DNA of 64,000 bases from Thermoplasmata archaeon (GTDB lineage Archaea; Thermoplasmatota; E2; JACPAO01; JAHFTW01): the NCBI GenBank assembly GCA_034667725.1, contig JAXDQS010000010.1, positions 320,001-384,000 on the forward strand, written 5' to 3'. Each line of letters starts with the position of its first letter. Positions within the stretch are counted from its first letter, which is position 1. The position numbers and the translations under genes are program-made. Below are positions 8,933-18,121 of this stretch, piece after piece. The notes under the pieces are model-generated. The model saw only the letters and a program-made list of their open reading frames with translations, did not search any database and was not told the DNA's origin.

Positions 8933-10654
8933 CTACGCGACGCGCTCCGGGTGCCCCCACCGCGGCACGACGGCCCGGTGCGCCAATCCTTGCGCCCGGC
9001 ACAGCCGCTCGTACCGGTCGCCCGTCAAGTCGGGGCGCTCGCTGTGGATAGGCACCAGCGTCTTGGGCCGCAGCGTCTCCAGGATCTCCTGGATGTCCTC
9101 CTGCGCGAGGTGCCCGCTCACGTGGGTCCGCCGCGGCTCGTGGTCGGGCGCATTGAGGTTGAAGGCGCGCAGCCAACGGTGCAGGCGGAACTGGTCCATC
9201 TCCATGTCGTCGTTGTGCGGCTGCGTCTGCGAGTGGATGTAGAGGCCGCCCGCCGCCGACCGGTCGGGGAACACCTCGAACAGGTCGGTCATGTTGAACA
9301 GCGTCAGGCTCACGAGGTAGCCGCCGGGGTCGCGGGCCACCTCGGCGGCGGTCACGACGTGCGGGTCGCCGAACGGCACCGGCTGGGTGATGACACGGTC
9401 GCGGCCTTGGTATTCGTCGCGGCCGCCCAGGAGCTCGAACTCCCAGCGCGCCAGGTCGCGGCTGGCAAGGTCGAGCCACTCGGCAGGCGACACCTGGATG
9501 AAGTCGATGGCGAGCCGCTGCTTGTCCGCGATGGGCATCTCGCCTGGGCGGCGCAGCAGGTGCGAGCCGCCGCGCACCAGGACGCCAAGGTGCGGGCTGG
9601 TGCGCCAGTCCGGCGCCTCCTCGCAGCCAGCCTCACGGAGCGCCGACAGCAAATGCGCCTGCTTCGCCGAGATCAGCAGCCGGCGGCCGACCGAGGCGGC
9701 GACGCGGTGCAGGCTGCGCAAACGGTCGAGGTCGCGCGGCGGGTAGCCGACGCCGACGAACGGCGGGCCGCCAGCGGCCTCGTGCGCCTCGACGAGGGCG
9801 CGGACCTCGTGCTCGACGTCGGACTCACGGTCGGTGCCATGGCCATGGCGGCCGTGGTCGCTCACCCGCGTGCCCTCCATGATGAGCACGTCGGCCTCGG
9901 CGGCCGCCTTCAGGAACGCGGCGGTCTTGGCGGGGTCGGAGCCATGGCGCCGGAAGTCGCCGGTGTACACGACCTTGGTGTCGCCGTCCGTGAGCACGAA
10001 GGCGCCGGCGCCCTGGATGCTGTGGTCCACGGCATGGAACGTCAGGGCCCACTTGCCATGCGTGACGGCCTGCGGGCTGGTGACGAACGGACGCTCGACG
10101 CGCGGGTCGTCGTCGGAGTAGCGCACGTCGCCGAGGCCGCCCTTCTTGTTGCGCTGCAGGACGCCGCGGACGCGCAGGTCGGTGTAGTCGGTCTCCCAGC
10201 CGCCGACCCCCGTGGCCTCGACGCTGCGGAGCGTGGCAAGGCTGAGGGGCGAGGTGACGATGGGCAGGTCGCGGCGCAGCAGCCCAATGAGGCCGCAGTG
10301 GTCCACATGGGCGTGACTGACGAGCGCGAAATCGACGGGGGAGTCGCCCGACACGCCGCCGAGGTCCGGGCGGTAGAGGCGGGGCAACGCGCCGCGCCAC
10401 GGGATCAGGTCGAGCGCGCCCAGGTCCGCGGCCGCCATGTGGGCGCGCGGCTTCTGGAAGGCGTCGAAGTAGTCGTTCCAACCCGGCCGGCGCTCGAAGG
10501 CCGCGGGCGAGAAGCGGTCCTCGCCGCCCATCGTCTGCGCGGCGCCGAAGCGCTTGCCGACGTCCAGCATGACGCGCAGGCCGGGGGCTTCGAGAAGGAA
10601 GGCATTGCCGCCGATCTCGCCGACGCCGCCGAAGCCGGTGAGCGTGACGGTCAC
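8933..10654 (-). CDS. MBL-fold beta-CASP hydrolase, RNase J-like
   Basis: GGVGEIGGN, SHAHVDH, DHSI, YTGDF, HVSGH, PIHSE motifs; GGAGG RBS before GTG. Confidence 0.85.
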   Translation of the reverse strand: MTVTLTGFGGVGEIGGNAFLLEAPGLRVMLDVGKRFGAAQTMGGEDRFSPAAFERRPGWNDYFDAFQKPRAHMAAADLGALDLIPWRGALPRLYRPDLGGVSGDSPVDFALVSHAHVDHCGLIGLLRRDLPIVTSPLSLATLRSVEATGVGGWETDYTDLRVRGVLQRNKKGGLGDVRYSDDDPRVERPFVTSPQAVTHGKWALTFHAVDHSIQGAGAFVLTDGDTKVVYTGDFRRHGSDPAKTAAFLKAAAEADVLIMEGTRVSDHGRHGHGTDRESDVEHEVRALVEAHEAAGGPPFVGVGYPPRDLDRLRSLHRVAASVGRRLLISAKQAHLLSALREAGCEEAPDWRTSPHLGVLVRGGSHLLRRPGEMPIADKQRLAIDFIQVSPAEWLDLASRDLARWEFELLGGRDEYQGRDRVITQPVPFGDPHVVTAAEVARDPGGYLVSLTLFNMTDLFEVFPDRSAAGGLYIHSQTQPHNDDMEMDQFRLHRWLRAFNLNAPDHEPRRTHVSGHLAQEDIQEILETLRPKTLVPIHSERPDLTGDRYERLCRAQGLAHRAVVPRWGHPERVA

Positions 10655-10800
10655 GCCGCGGCCTCCGCGTGGCGGACGGCGGCCCCGCAGGTAGAGCAGG
10701 TCAGGAGGAAGCAGGCCCGCCGATGGGTCGGGCAGGGCGCCGACTGGACGGTGCGGGGGCTGCAGTGCCCGCACCCTGCCAGGATGCCGTTCCCCTCCAT
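10651..10800 (-). CDS. Putative zinc-finger microprotein (49 aa)
   Basis: MEGNGILAGCGHC...CPTH...C...CSTC; stop overlaps next start (GTGA); TATA-like CTCAAGTAT ~25 nt upstream. Confidence 0.5.
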   Translation of the reverse strand: MEGNGILAGCGHCSPRTVQSAPCPTHRRACFLLTCSTCGAAVRHAEAAA

Positions 10801-10943
10801 GGAGGCGCTCCAGAGGGTGCGGATACTTGAGGGATGGCAGGGGGGCGGTGAAGGCGGGGGGCTACGCGCCCAGGACATGCCGCGCGATCACGAGCCGCTA
10901 GCCGGGGCTCCGCCCACCGTCGGGCCTCCCCCGCGGCCATTGC

Positions 10944-12089
10944 CTACGCGCCCAGCACGTGCCGCGCGATGACCAACCGTTGAATCTCGCTCGTCCCCTC
11001 GAAGATCTCGAAGATCTTGATGTCCCGCATGTAGCGCTCGACGGGGTAGTCCTTGGTGTAGCCGTTGCCGCCGTGGATCTGGACGGCCTCAATGGTGGCC
11101 TTCATCGCCATCTCGCTTGCGAACAATTTGGCGCGGCTGGCGGCGTGGGTGAAGTCTTGGCCGTGGTCCTTGAGCCAGGCGGCCTTGAGGTACAGGTTGC
11201 GGGCGGCCTCGATGTGGACGTCCATGTCGGCGAGCTTCCACTGGATGGCCTGGTTGGTGGCGATGGGCCGCCCGAACTGGTGGCGTTCCTTGGCATACGC
11301 GATGGAGGCCTCGTAGGCGGCGCGCGCGATGCCGACGGAGCCGGCGGCGGCCATGATGCGGCCGGTGTCAAGGGTGCTCATGGCGATCTTGAAGCCCTCG
11401 CCCTCGCGGCCCAGCAGGGCGTCCTTGGGGACTTCGAGGCCTTCGAAGAACAATTGGTTGGTGTAGGAGGCGTTGAGGCCGAGCTTGTGCTCGTTGCGGC
11501 CGACCTTGAAGCCCTTGGCCTTGGTGTCCACCACGAAGGCGCTGACGCCGCGGGCGTCCTTCGAGTTGGCGTCGGTGCGCGCGAACAGCACGCAGACGTC
11601 CGCCACGGCGCCGTTGGAGATGAACTGCTTCTGGCCGTCGATGACGTAGTGGTCGCCTTCCAACCGCGCGGTGGTGCGCAGGCTGCCGGCGTCGCTGCCG
11701 GACTCGGGCTCGGTCAAGGCGTAGCAGCCCAGGTAGTCGCCGTTGGCGAGCTTCGGGAGGTAGTGCTGCTTCTGCGCCTCGGTGCCGTAGGTGAGGATGG
11801 GGCCGACGCTCAGGCTGGCGTTGGCGCCGAAGATGACGCTGTGGCTCGCGCACGCCCGCGCCAGCTCCTCCGCCACCAGCGCGAAGCTGACGTAGTCCGC
11901 CCCGGGGCCGCCGTACTTCTCCGGCACCGTGATGCCCAGCAGGCCCAGCTCGCCCATGCGCCTGGCCGTCGCCATCGGGAACGAGCCCTCGCGGTCGTGC
12001 TTGCCGGCCACGGGGACGATCTCGGTCTCGGCGAACTCGCGCACCATGTCGCGCACCATGCGCTGGGGCTCCGAGAGCTGGAAATCCAC
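10944..12089 (-). CDS. Acyl-CoA dehydrogenase
   Basis: YALTEPESGSDA, GQKQFISN, RHQFGRPI, QIHGGNGY, IFEGTSEIQR. Confidence 0.95.
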   Translation of the reverse strand: MDFQLSEPQRMVRDMVREFAETEIVPVAGKHDREGSFPMATARRMGELGLLGITVPEKYGGPGADYVSFALVAEELARACASHSVIFGANASLSVGPILTYGTEAQKQHYLPKLANGDYLGCYALTEPESGSDAGSLRTTARLEGDHYVIDGQKQFISNGAVADVCVLFARTDANSKDARGVSAFVVDTKAKGFKVGRNEHKLGLNASYTNQLFFEGLEVPKDALLGREGEGFKIAMSTLDTGRIMAAAGSVGIARAAYEASIAYAKERHQFGRPIATNQAIQWKLADMDVHIEAARNLYLKAAWLKDHGQDFTHAASRAKLFASEMAMKATIEAVQIHGGNGYTKDYPVERYMRDIKIFEIFEGTSEIQRLVIARHVLGA

Positions 12090-12147
12090 GCGGCTCCAGA
12101 GGGCGTCCCCTACATGAGGGCGGCGCGTGGGGGGCGAACGGCCAAGG

Positions 12148-13227
12148 CTACGGGTTGACGCCGACGCCGCTGCCGTTGCCGGGCCCGCCCCAGGCGTACT
12201 TGTCGCCGCCGAGGCTGCGGACGTTGTAATACGGGGAGTCGCCGGTCAGGAAGGTCGGGGCGCTCTTGATCCAGCACACCCAGTTCTTGGCGTCCACGTC
12301 GCAGGGCGTCGAGAACTGGGAGGCGGCCGCGCTGGTGGCGTAGTTGCCGTTGCCCATGTCGGTGGCGGGCTTCGGGAGGCCGGAGACGACGGTGCCGTCG
12401 TACACTTCGCCGAACCATTGGACCTGGCTGTCCTGGGTGAACGTGCCGCTCCACATGGTGCCGGGGAAGTAGCCGACCCACTGGTTGGTCCACCAGGCCC
12501 ACCAGTTGCCGCCGTAGTACACGTAGCCCATGTAGGAGTTGGTGCCGGCGGCGACGACCTTGCCGGGCACGATGGAGGAACTGTACTGGACCCAGCCGCA
12601 GCCGTTGTAGCACTTGGGGACGCCGTTGACCCAGGAGAACACGAACAGCCGCACGTCGCCGGTGCCGCCGTAGTCGCGGCTCTTGGTCCAGCCGATCTCG
12701 ACGATGTTGCGGGTGCCGCCGCCGCCCGCGATGACGGCGATCTCGTTGAGGGAGTGGACGCCGGCCGCGCCGGAGATGGCGGGGTTCTGGACCGTCGTGG
12801 TCATGCCGCCGCCGTCCCGGCTGCCCGCGGCGGGCGCGGGGTCGTAGAGGGTGGCGTAGAAGTAGGGCGCCGACGCGCCGAAGGCGGGCGGCTGCCACCC
12901 GCGCAGGTCGCTCGGGGGGATCGGCTGCGGCCGCTGGCCCTCGGGGCAAAGCGGCGCCGGGTCGGGCACCGGCGGCAGCACGAGGGACGTCTGCACCGTG
13001 CCTGGGGTCAGGTCGCCGACCGGCTGCAGCAGGTCGCTCACCGTGACGGGCGCGAACGGGAACGGCGGCGGCGAGGCCACCTCGTAGGCCTGGGCGCAGT
13101 AGTAGGACGGGTCCGGCTCGGGGTCGGACGCCGCCGGGGTCGTCGCCGCGAACAGCGCGACCAGGAGGACCGCGGGAAGCCACGCGCGGCCGGAATGCCT
13201 TCTGCCAGAGCTGGGGTTGCTGGGCAT
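12148..13227 (-). CDS. Secreted neprosin-family glutamic (prolyl) endopeptidase
   Basis: Signal peptide; CPEG propeptide motif; NIVEIGW, CYNGCGWVQ, VGYFP, WFGEVY, DMGNG. Confidence 0.8.
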   Translation of the reverse strand: MPSNPSSGRRHSGRAWLPAVLLVALFAATTPAASDPEPDPSYYCAQAYEVASPPPFPFAPVTVSDLLQPVGDLTPGTVQTSLVLPPVPDPAPLCPEGQRPQPIPPSDLRGWQPPAFGASAPYFYATLYDPAPAAGSRDGGGMTTTVQNPAISGAAGVHSLNEIAVIAGGGGTRNIVEIGWTKSRDYGGTGDVRLFVFSWVNGVPKCYNGCGWVQYSSSIVPGKVVAAGTNSYMGYVYYGGNWWAWWTNQWVGYFPGTMWSGTFTQDSQVQWFGEVYDGTVVSGLPKPATDMGNGNYATSAAASQFSTPCDVDAKNWVCWIKSAPTFLTGDSPYYNVRSLGGDKYAWGGPGNGSGVGVNP

Positions 13228-13333
13228 GGCACGCGACCGGCCCCGCTTTACATAACAGCTTTGGATAATGGCGACTCGATGCCCGGCCAGCAGCCATACG
13301 GTTATCACCTGCCGCCTCGTCGAAACGCCCAGG

Positions 13334-14422
13334 ATGACAGGCCCGCGCCTCGAGCGTCCCGCGCCCAAGCCGATCGGCCCGGTGGCCACTGAGCGCCAGT
13401 GGACTCCCGCCGAGGTCGAGGTTGAGGCCCGCCGCCTGGAGGGGCGCATCGCCCAGCCGGCCCGCTGGGGGCGCGAGATGTGCCGCATGATCGCGCCGCT
13501 CACGCTGGAGGTCAACCGCCTCAAGGCCGAGACGGACACCATCATCCTGGCCCACTCCTACCAGACCCCCGACATCGTGTACGGCGTCGCGGACGAGGTC
13601 GGCGACTCCTACGGCCTGTCCAAGAAGGCGATGCAGGCCAGCCAGAAGCAGATCCTGTTCTCCAGCGTCCGCTTCATGGCCGAGACCGCCAAGCTGCTGA
13701 ACCCCCAGAAGCGCGTCCTGATCCCCGAGCCCACCGCCGGATGCAGCCTGGCCGACGGCGTCACCCCCGAGGACGTCCGCCGCCTGCGCGCCGCCCACCC
13801 CGGCGTCCCCGTCATGGGCTACGTCAACACCACCGCCGCCGTCAAGGCCGAGCTCGACGTGGTCTGCACCAGCGCCAACTACCTCGCCATCGCCAAGCGC
13901 CTCCCCGGCGACGAGCTGATCTTCGTCCCCGACCGCTTCATGGGCGCCCACCTCCAGGCCGAGCTGCCCCACAAGCGCGTCCACATCCACAGCGGCGAGT
14001 GCGAGGTGCACGTCCAGTTCGACGCCGCCAGCGCCCGCGCCTGGAGGGCCCAAGCCAAATCCGAAGGCCGCGACCTCGTCATCCTCGCCCACCCCGAGTG
14101 CGACCCCAAGGTCCTGTTGGAGGCCGACTTCGTGGGCTCGACCGAGAAGATGATGGACTACGCCCGCAAGCTGGAGGCCTCGGGCAAGGTGGACGTCATG
14201 CCGATCACCGAGTGCGGCACGGCCGACCGGATGCGCGCCGAGATGCCGAGCCTGCAGATCTACGGCGCCTGCGTCCAGTGCCCGCACATGAAGAAGACCG
14301 GGCTGCCGGCGATTCTGCAGGCGTTGCAGGCGCCGCGGCCGGACCAGGTCGTCGAGATTCCGGCGGCCATCGCGGCGCGGGCCCGGCGCAGCCTGGACGA
14401 GATGTTCCGGCTGGCCGAGTGA
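13334..14422 (+). CDS. nadA: Quinolinate synthase
   Basis: ILAHSYQ, FMAETAKLLNP, CSLA, YVNT, CEVH, AHPEC, CPHMK. Confidence 0.95.
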   Translation: MTGPRLERPAPKPIGPVATERQWTPAEVEVEARRLEGRIAQPARWGREMCRMIAPLTLEVNRLKAETDTIILAHSYQTPDIVYGVADEVGDSYGLSKKAMQASQKQILFSSVRFMAETAKLLNPQKRVLIPEPTAGCSLADGVTPEDVRRLRAAHPGVPVMGYVNTTAAVKAELDVVCTSANYLAIAKRLPGDELIFVPDRFMGAHLQAELPHKRVHIHSGECEVHVQFDAASARAWRAQAKSEGRDLVILAHPECDPKVLLEADFVGSTEKMMDYARKLEASGKVDVMPITECGTADRMRAEMPSLQIYGACVQCPHMKKTGLPAILQALQAPRPDQVVEIPAAIAARARRSLDEMFRLAE

Positions 14423-14439
14423 GGCCCCGCCCCCACTAG

Positions 14440-14487
14440 ACACAGATTCCCACAGACCCATTTGGAAAAGGTCTGTGGAATCTGTGT
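14440..14487. repeat. AT-rich imperfect palindrome between convergent genes (terminator or REP-like)
   Basis: ACACAGATTCCCACAGACC-11 nt-GGTCTGTGGAATCTGTGT, 18-bp stem with one bulge. Confidence 0.7.
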
Positions 14488-14496
14488 TTCGTCGGC

Positions 14497-15396
14497 TTAC
14501 TTGCGACGGGCCACGAGCGCCGCGCCCAGGATGCCCAAGGCGGCCACGAGGGCCATGCCGTCGGGCGCCGGCTCGGAGTCGGTGCCGGGCGTGACGCCGT
14601 CCGGGTTGCCGTTGACGAACACCCAGTCGTGGTCCTTGGCGAGCTGGGCGGGGCCGTCCTTGCCGGTCTCCTTCAAGAGGATGTGGCTGTAGTTGTGGAA
14701 CTTGACGTGCGCCTCGGTCCACGCGCCGGCGGGGGCCTTGTAGGTGATGTTGAAGGTCTTCACGGCGGGCGGCTCGTAGACCTCCGACTGGAAGCCTTGG
14801 ATGGTGCCGCGGTCGGCCTGGATGTTGGTGAACATCACCATGCTGCGGGCGTTGGCGTCGATGGTGACGCGCAGCTGGAACGTGACCTCCCCCGACGTCA
14901 TGGTGTAGGGGAAGGTGATGCTCGGCGTGATGGTGTGCGCCGCGTGGTAGGTGACGTTGTAGCTGCCCGCCTTGGTCTGGGTCTCGTCGCCGAGGGTGGC
15001 GGTGACGTTGACGGTCTGGTTCACGACGCCGGGCGCGAGGGGGCCGGCCTTCAGCTTGAGGACGCCCTGGCCGGTGATGGCGCCGCTGGGGGCGGCCGTC
15101 GGGGGGATGGGGCCCGTGCAGTCGGCGGGGTCGTAGCTGAGGGTGAGCGGGGCGGATAGGTTCAGCCACGCCGGCGGGTTGGCCAGCGTGAAGGTCGCCT
15201 CGGCGGCGGTCTCGCCGGGCGCCAGGCTCTGCAGCAGCACGCCGCAGCCGACGACCAAGGTCACGGGAAGGTCGCCGGTGCCGTTGTAGGGGATGTTGGC
15301 GGCGTGGCCGACGGTGAGCTCGAAGGCGTCGGCCTGGGCTTGGGCCTGCGGCGCGGCAAGAAGGGCGGCGGCCAGCAGCAGGAGCGGGATGCGCAT
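14497..15396 (-). CDS. Secreted surface protein with C-terminal sorting-like signal
   Basis: MRIPLLLLAAALLAA signal; ends PAPDG-TM-RRK; ATATAT box ~25 nt upstream. Confidence 0.8.
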   Translation of the reverse strand: MRIPLLLLAAALLAAPQAQAQADAFELTVGHAANIPYNGTGDLPVTLVVGCGVLLQSLAPGETAAEATFTLANPPAWLNLSAPLTLSYDPADCTGPIPPTAAPSGAITGQGVLKLKAGPLAPGVVNQTVNVTATLGDETQTKAGSYNVTYHAAHTITPSITFPYTMTSGEVTFQLRVTIDANARSMVMFTNIQADRGTIQGFQSEVYEPPAVKTFNITYKAPAGAWTEAHVKFHNYSHILLKETGKDGPAQLAKDHDWVFVNGNPDGVTPGTDSEPAPDGMALVAALGILGAALVARRK

Positions 15397-15440
15397 CGTC
15401 TTGCCCACGATGCCCGTTGATATATGGGGTTTCTGGAGAA

Positions 15441-16205
15441 TCAGCCGATCTCCATCGGGCTGAGAATCTTCTGCAAAAGCGCGATGGCGGACAAGGAGGC
15501 GAGGTAGCTGGTGGCCGGGTTGGTGGGGCTGGGGAGGTTCTCGACCTCGATGCGGGCGCGGCCGAACGAGCCCTCGATGATGACCTTGTGCGAGTTGCGG
15601 GTGGCAAGCGGGTCGACGGCGACCTGGACATGGGTCTGGTCGAAGCCGAGCCCGGCCAGCGCGAGGGTGGCGGCGACATTGACGTTCTTGGGGAAGCGCG
15701 CCACCGCCTCGCGCGCCGGCCCGGAGAACAGCAGCGTCCAGCGGTCGGTGCCCTTGTCGAGGCCCGCCGGCGGCTTGGTGGTCACCAGCGTCACCGACTT
15801 CAGGTCCCCCATGGCGGCGGAGCGCACGCCGTCGACGCCCATGACGGCGCCGCTGGGGAGGTAGATCTTGCCGCCGGCGCGGCGCGCCAGGCCCAGCAAA
15901 TCCTCCCGCAGCGCGTCGTCGGCCAAGGCGCCGATGGTGAGGACCATGGCCTTCTTGCCGGCGGCCAAGGCGTCGCGGACGGCGGTCTGGACGACGCCCT
16001 TGTTGGCGCATTCGACCAGCAGGTCGCAGCGGGCCACCACGTCCGCCGCGTCCTGGGCGATGCGGGCGCGCGGCAGGGCGCGCAGCACGGCCGTGGCGTC
16101 GGGGTCGATGTCGTAGAGCCATAGCTCCGTCACGCCGTCCATCGTGCTGGCCGCGCGCGCGACCTGGCTGCCGATGGCGCCGCATCCGACGATGCCGACC
16201 TTCAC
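15441..16205 (-). CDS. nadX: L-aspartate dehydrogenase
   Basis: VGIVGCGAIG Rossmann, PSGAVMGVDG, FPKNVNVAAT, NPATSYLA. Confidence 0.92.
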   Translation of the reverse strand: MKVGIVGCGAIGSQVARAASTMDGVTELWLYDIDPDATAVLRALPRARIAQDAADVVARCDLLVECANKGVVQTAVRDALAAGKKAMVLTIGALADDALREDLLGLARRAGGKIYLPSGAVMGVDGVRSAAMGDLKSVTLVTTKPPAGLDKGTDRWTLLFSGPAREAVARFPKNVNVAATLALAGLGFDQTHVQVAVDPLATRNSHKVIIEGSFGRARIEVENLPSPTNPATSYLASLSAIALLQKILSPMEIG

Positions 16206-16245
16206 GCAGGCGGCGAGCCGCGGCCTGCGGAAAGCCGTGCCGCCG

Positions 16246-17166
16246 TCAGTAGCGGCGGCGCGCGGCGGCCGCGACCGCGAGCACCGCGAGGGCGGCGGCG
16301 AACGCGGGCACGGGCGGGGAGGCGCGGGCGGGCGGGGCGGCCTCGCCGTGGGGGGCGGTGGCGCGGGCCAGCAGGTTGACCTGGATGGTGAAGCCGGCCT
16401 CGTCGCCGAGGGTGGAGCGCGGCGTGATTTCGACCCCGAAAGACTCCTCGCCGGCCTGCTCGGCGTGGTACTTGATGGGCAGCAGGACGGTGGCGCCGCG
16501 GGCGAGGAGGGTCGGGGGCGGCAGCTCGAGCTGGCCGTTGCGCGGCGCGTCGGCGGGCGCGAACTCGAGCAGGGTGAGGGCGTTGCCGAGGTTGGTGACC
16601 TCGACGACATAGGTGAGCGTCTCGCCGGCGGCGCCTTTCAGGATGGTGGTGGCGACGCTGGCTGTGAGGAGCCCTTGGTAGGCGACCCGGACGATGGCGC
16701 TGCGGGACGCGGGCGGCGCGTTTTGGCCGGTGTCCGGGGCGGGCTGCTGCAAGGTGGCCTGGAAGCGCAGTTCGAGGGGGGTCTCGCCGAGGGCTTGCTC
16801 GCTGGCCGTGACGCTGAACTGGCCCGTGCCGGTGGTCTCCATCTTGCTCACGCAGTCGGGAAGGGGCGCCGCCACGGTCAGGGCGCCGACGAGGTCGATG
16901 CCGAGGGGCGTCTCGGGCGTCTCGAACTCGATGAAGCTGCTGGGGACGAGGAGGCCGTGCAGGTCGCTGGCGGGGCCCTTGCACGTGATGGCCCAGGAGA
17001 CCGCGACCCGACCCACGTCCCGGTTCGCCGCGAGCGGCGTCTCCGGCACGGCGATGTCGGTGATGGCGAACTCCACGCCCGCGTCCTGCGCCATGGCGTT
17101 GGGCAGGGAGAGGAGTGCGAGGGCGAGGGCGGCGGCGAACGGCAGGGTCTGGGTCGGGATGCGCAT
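16246..17166 (-). CDS. Secreted surface protein (Ig-like/COG1470-type) with sorting-like tail
   Basis: Signal peptide, VTNLGN motif, SPPVP-TM-RRRY; GGAGG RBS. Confidence 0.8.
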   Translation of the reverse strand: MRIPTQTLPFAAALALALLSLPNAMAQDAGVEFAITDIAVPETPLAANRDVGRVAVSWAITCKGPASDLHGLLVPSSFIEFETPETPLGIDLVGALTVAAPLPDCVSKMETTGTGQFSVTASEQALGETPLELRFQATLQQPAPDTGQNAPPASRSAIVRVAYQGLLTASVATTILKGAAGETLTYVVEVTNLGNALTLLEFAPADAPRNGQLELPPPTLLARGATVLLPIKYHAEQAGEESFGVEITPRSTLGDEAGFTIQVNLLARATAPHGEAAPPARASPPVPAFAAALAVLAVAAAARRRY

Positions 17167-17167
17167 G

Positions 17168-18046
17168 TCAAGTCCTCCGATGGGCAAAGGCAGCGGCGGC
17201 CAGGAGGGTGAGGGCGAGCAGGCCGGCGGCGGGCAGCGGCGCCGTCTCGTCGACCTCCGGCGCCTTGAACAGCACCTCGATGCGGAGGGTCGGGCCGCGC
17301 TCGGTGCTGCCCTTGGCCACCGGGGTCACCTCGAGCGCCATGACCTGCGAGGTCCAGATGCCGGCCGGCGCCTCGAAGGTCGCCTCGACGTCCTGGCTGG
17401 CGCCGCGCGCCAACTCGACGGCCGGCATGGTGAGGGTGCCGCCGACGGTGGCGTTGCGGGGCGTTGCCTTGGCCTCGAGCCGGACGGCGACGTTGCCGAC
17501 GTTGGTGAACCGGAGCGGCACCTTGGCGGTGGGCCCCTCCATGCCGATCACGGGCTGGGGCGCGCTGACCTGGAGGAACGGGACGGCGGCGGCCTTGAGG
17601 GTGAAGTTGGCCTCGGCCTCCTCGGCGGGTGCCGCGGCGGCCGCGAACTCCGGGATGCTGGCCACGACGCGGGAGTCCTGCGGGGTCAGCGCCTCGAACC
17701 CGCTGCCTTGCAGGCTGGCCAGGTAGACGATGCTGGCGCTGCTGCGCTCGGTCGTCGGCTCCAGGCATGGGGCCACCTCCACCAGGATGGCCTCGGGGCC
17801 GGACCAGGTGACCGGGGCGTCGCCGTTGCGCTCGACCTGGATTTCGACGTGCTCGGCCAGCCGGCCGGCGGCGGTGCGGGCCAAGACCTGCGGGCAGTCC
17901 AGGCTCACCGTCACCGTGGCGTTGGCCGAGGTCAGGCCGGGGCGCACGACGTCGGCGTCCAGGCCGACGCTGACCTGCAAGTCCGCGGCGGCCGCGGGGA
18001 CCAGCACGAGGACAGCCAGCAGGGCAAGGACGGCCAAGCCGCGCAT
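17168..18046 (-). CDS. Secreted surface protein (Ig-like) with sorting-like tail
   Basis: MRGLAVLALLAVLVLVPAAAA signal, FTNVGN, APLP-TM-HRRT. Confidence 0.8.
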   Translation of the reverse strand: MRGLAVLALLAVLVLVPAAAADLQVSVGLDADVVRPGLTSANATVTVSLDCPQVLARTAAGRLAEHVEIQVERNGDAPVTWSGPEAILVEVAPCLEPTTERSSASIVYLASLQGSGFEALTPQDSRVVASIPEFAAAAAPAEEAEANFTLKAAAVPFLQVSAPQPVIGMEGPTAKVPLRFTNVGNVAVRLEAKATPRNATVGGTLTMPAVELARGASQDVEATFEAPAGIWTSQVMALEVTPVAKGSTERGPTLRIEVLFKAPEVDETAPLPAAGLLALTLLAAAAFAHRRT

Positions 18047-18121
18047 GGGCGGCGACACCCCTCCTGGTTCAAGAGTGCGCTGGTGCGCTCGTTTGAAATG
18101 GCGGGCCCAGGTGGATGCCGC

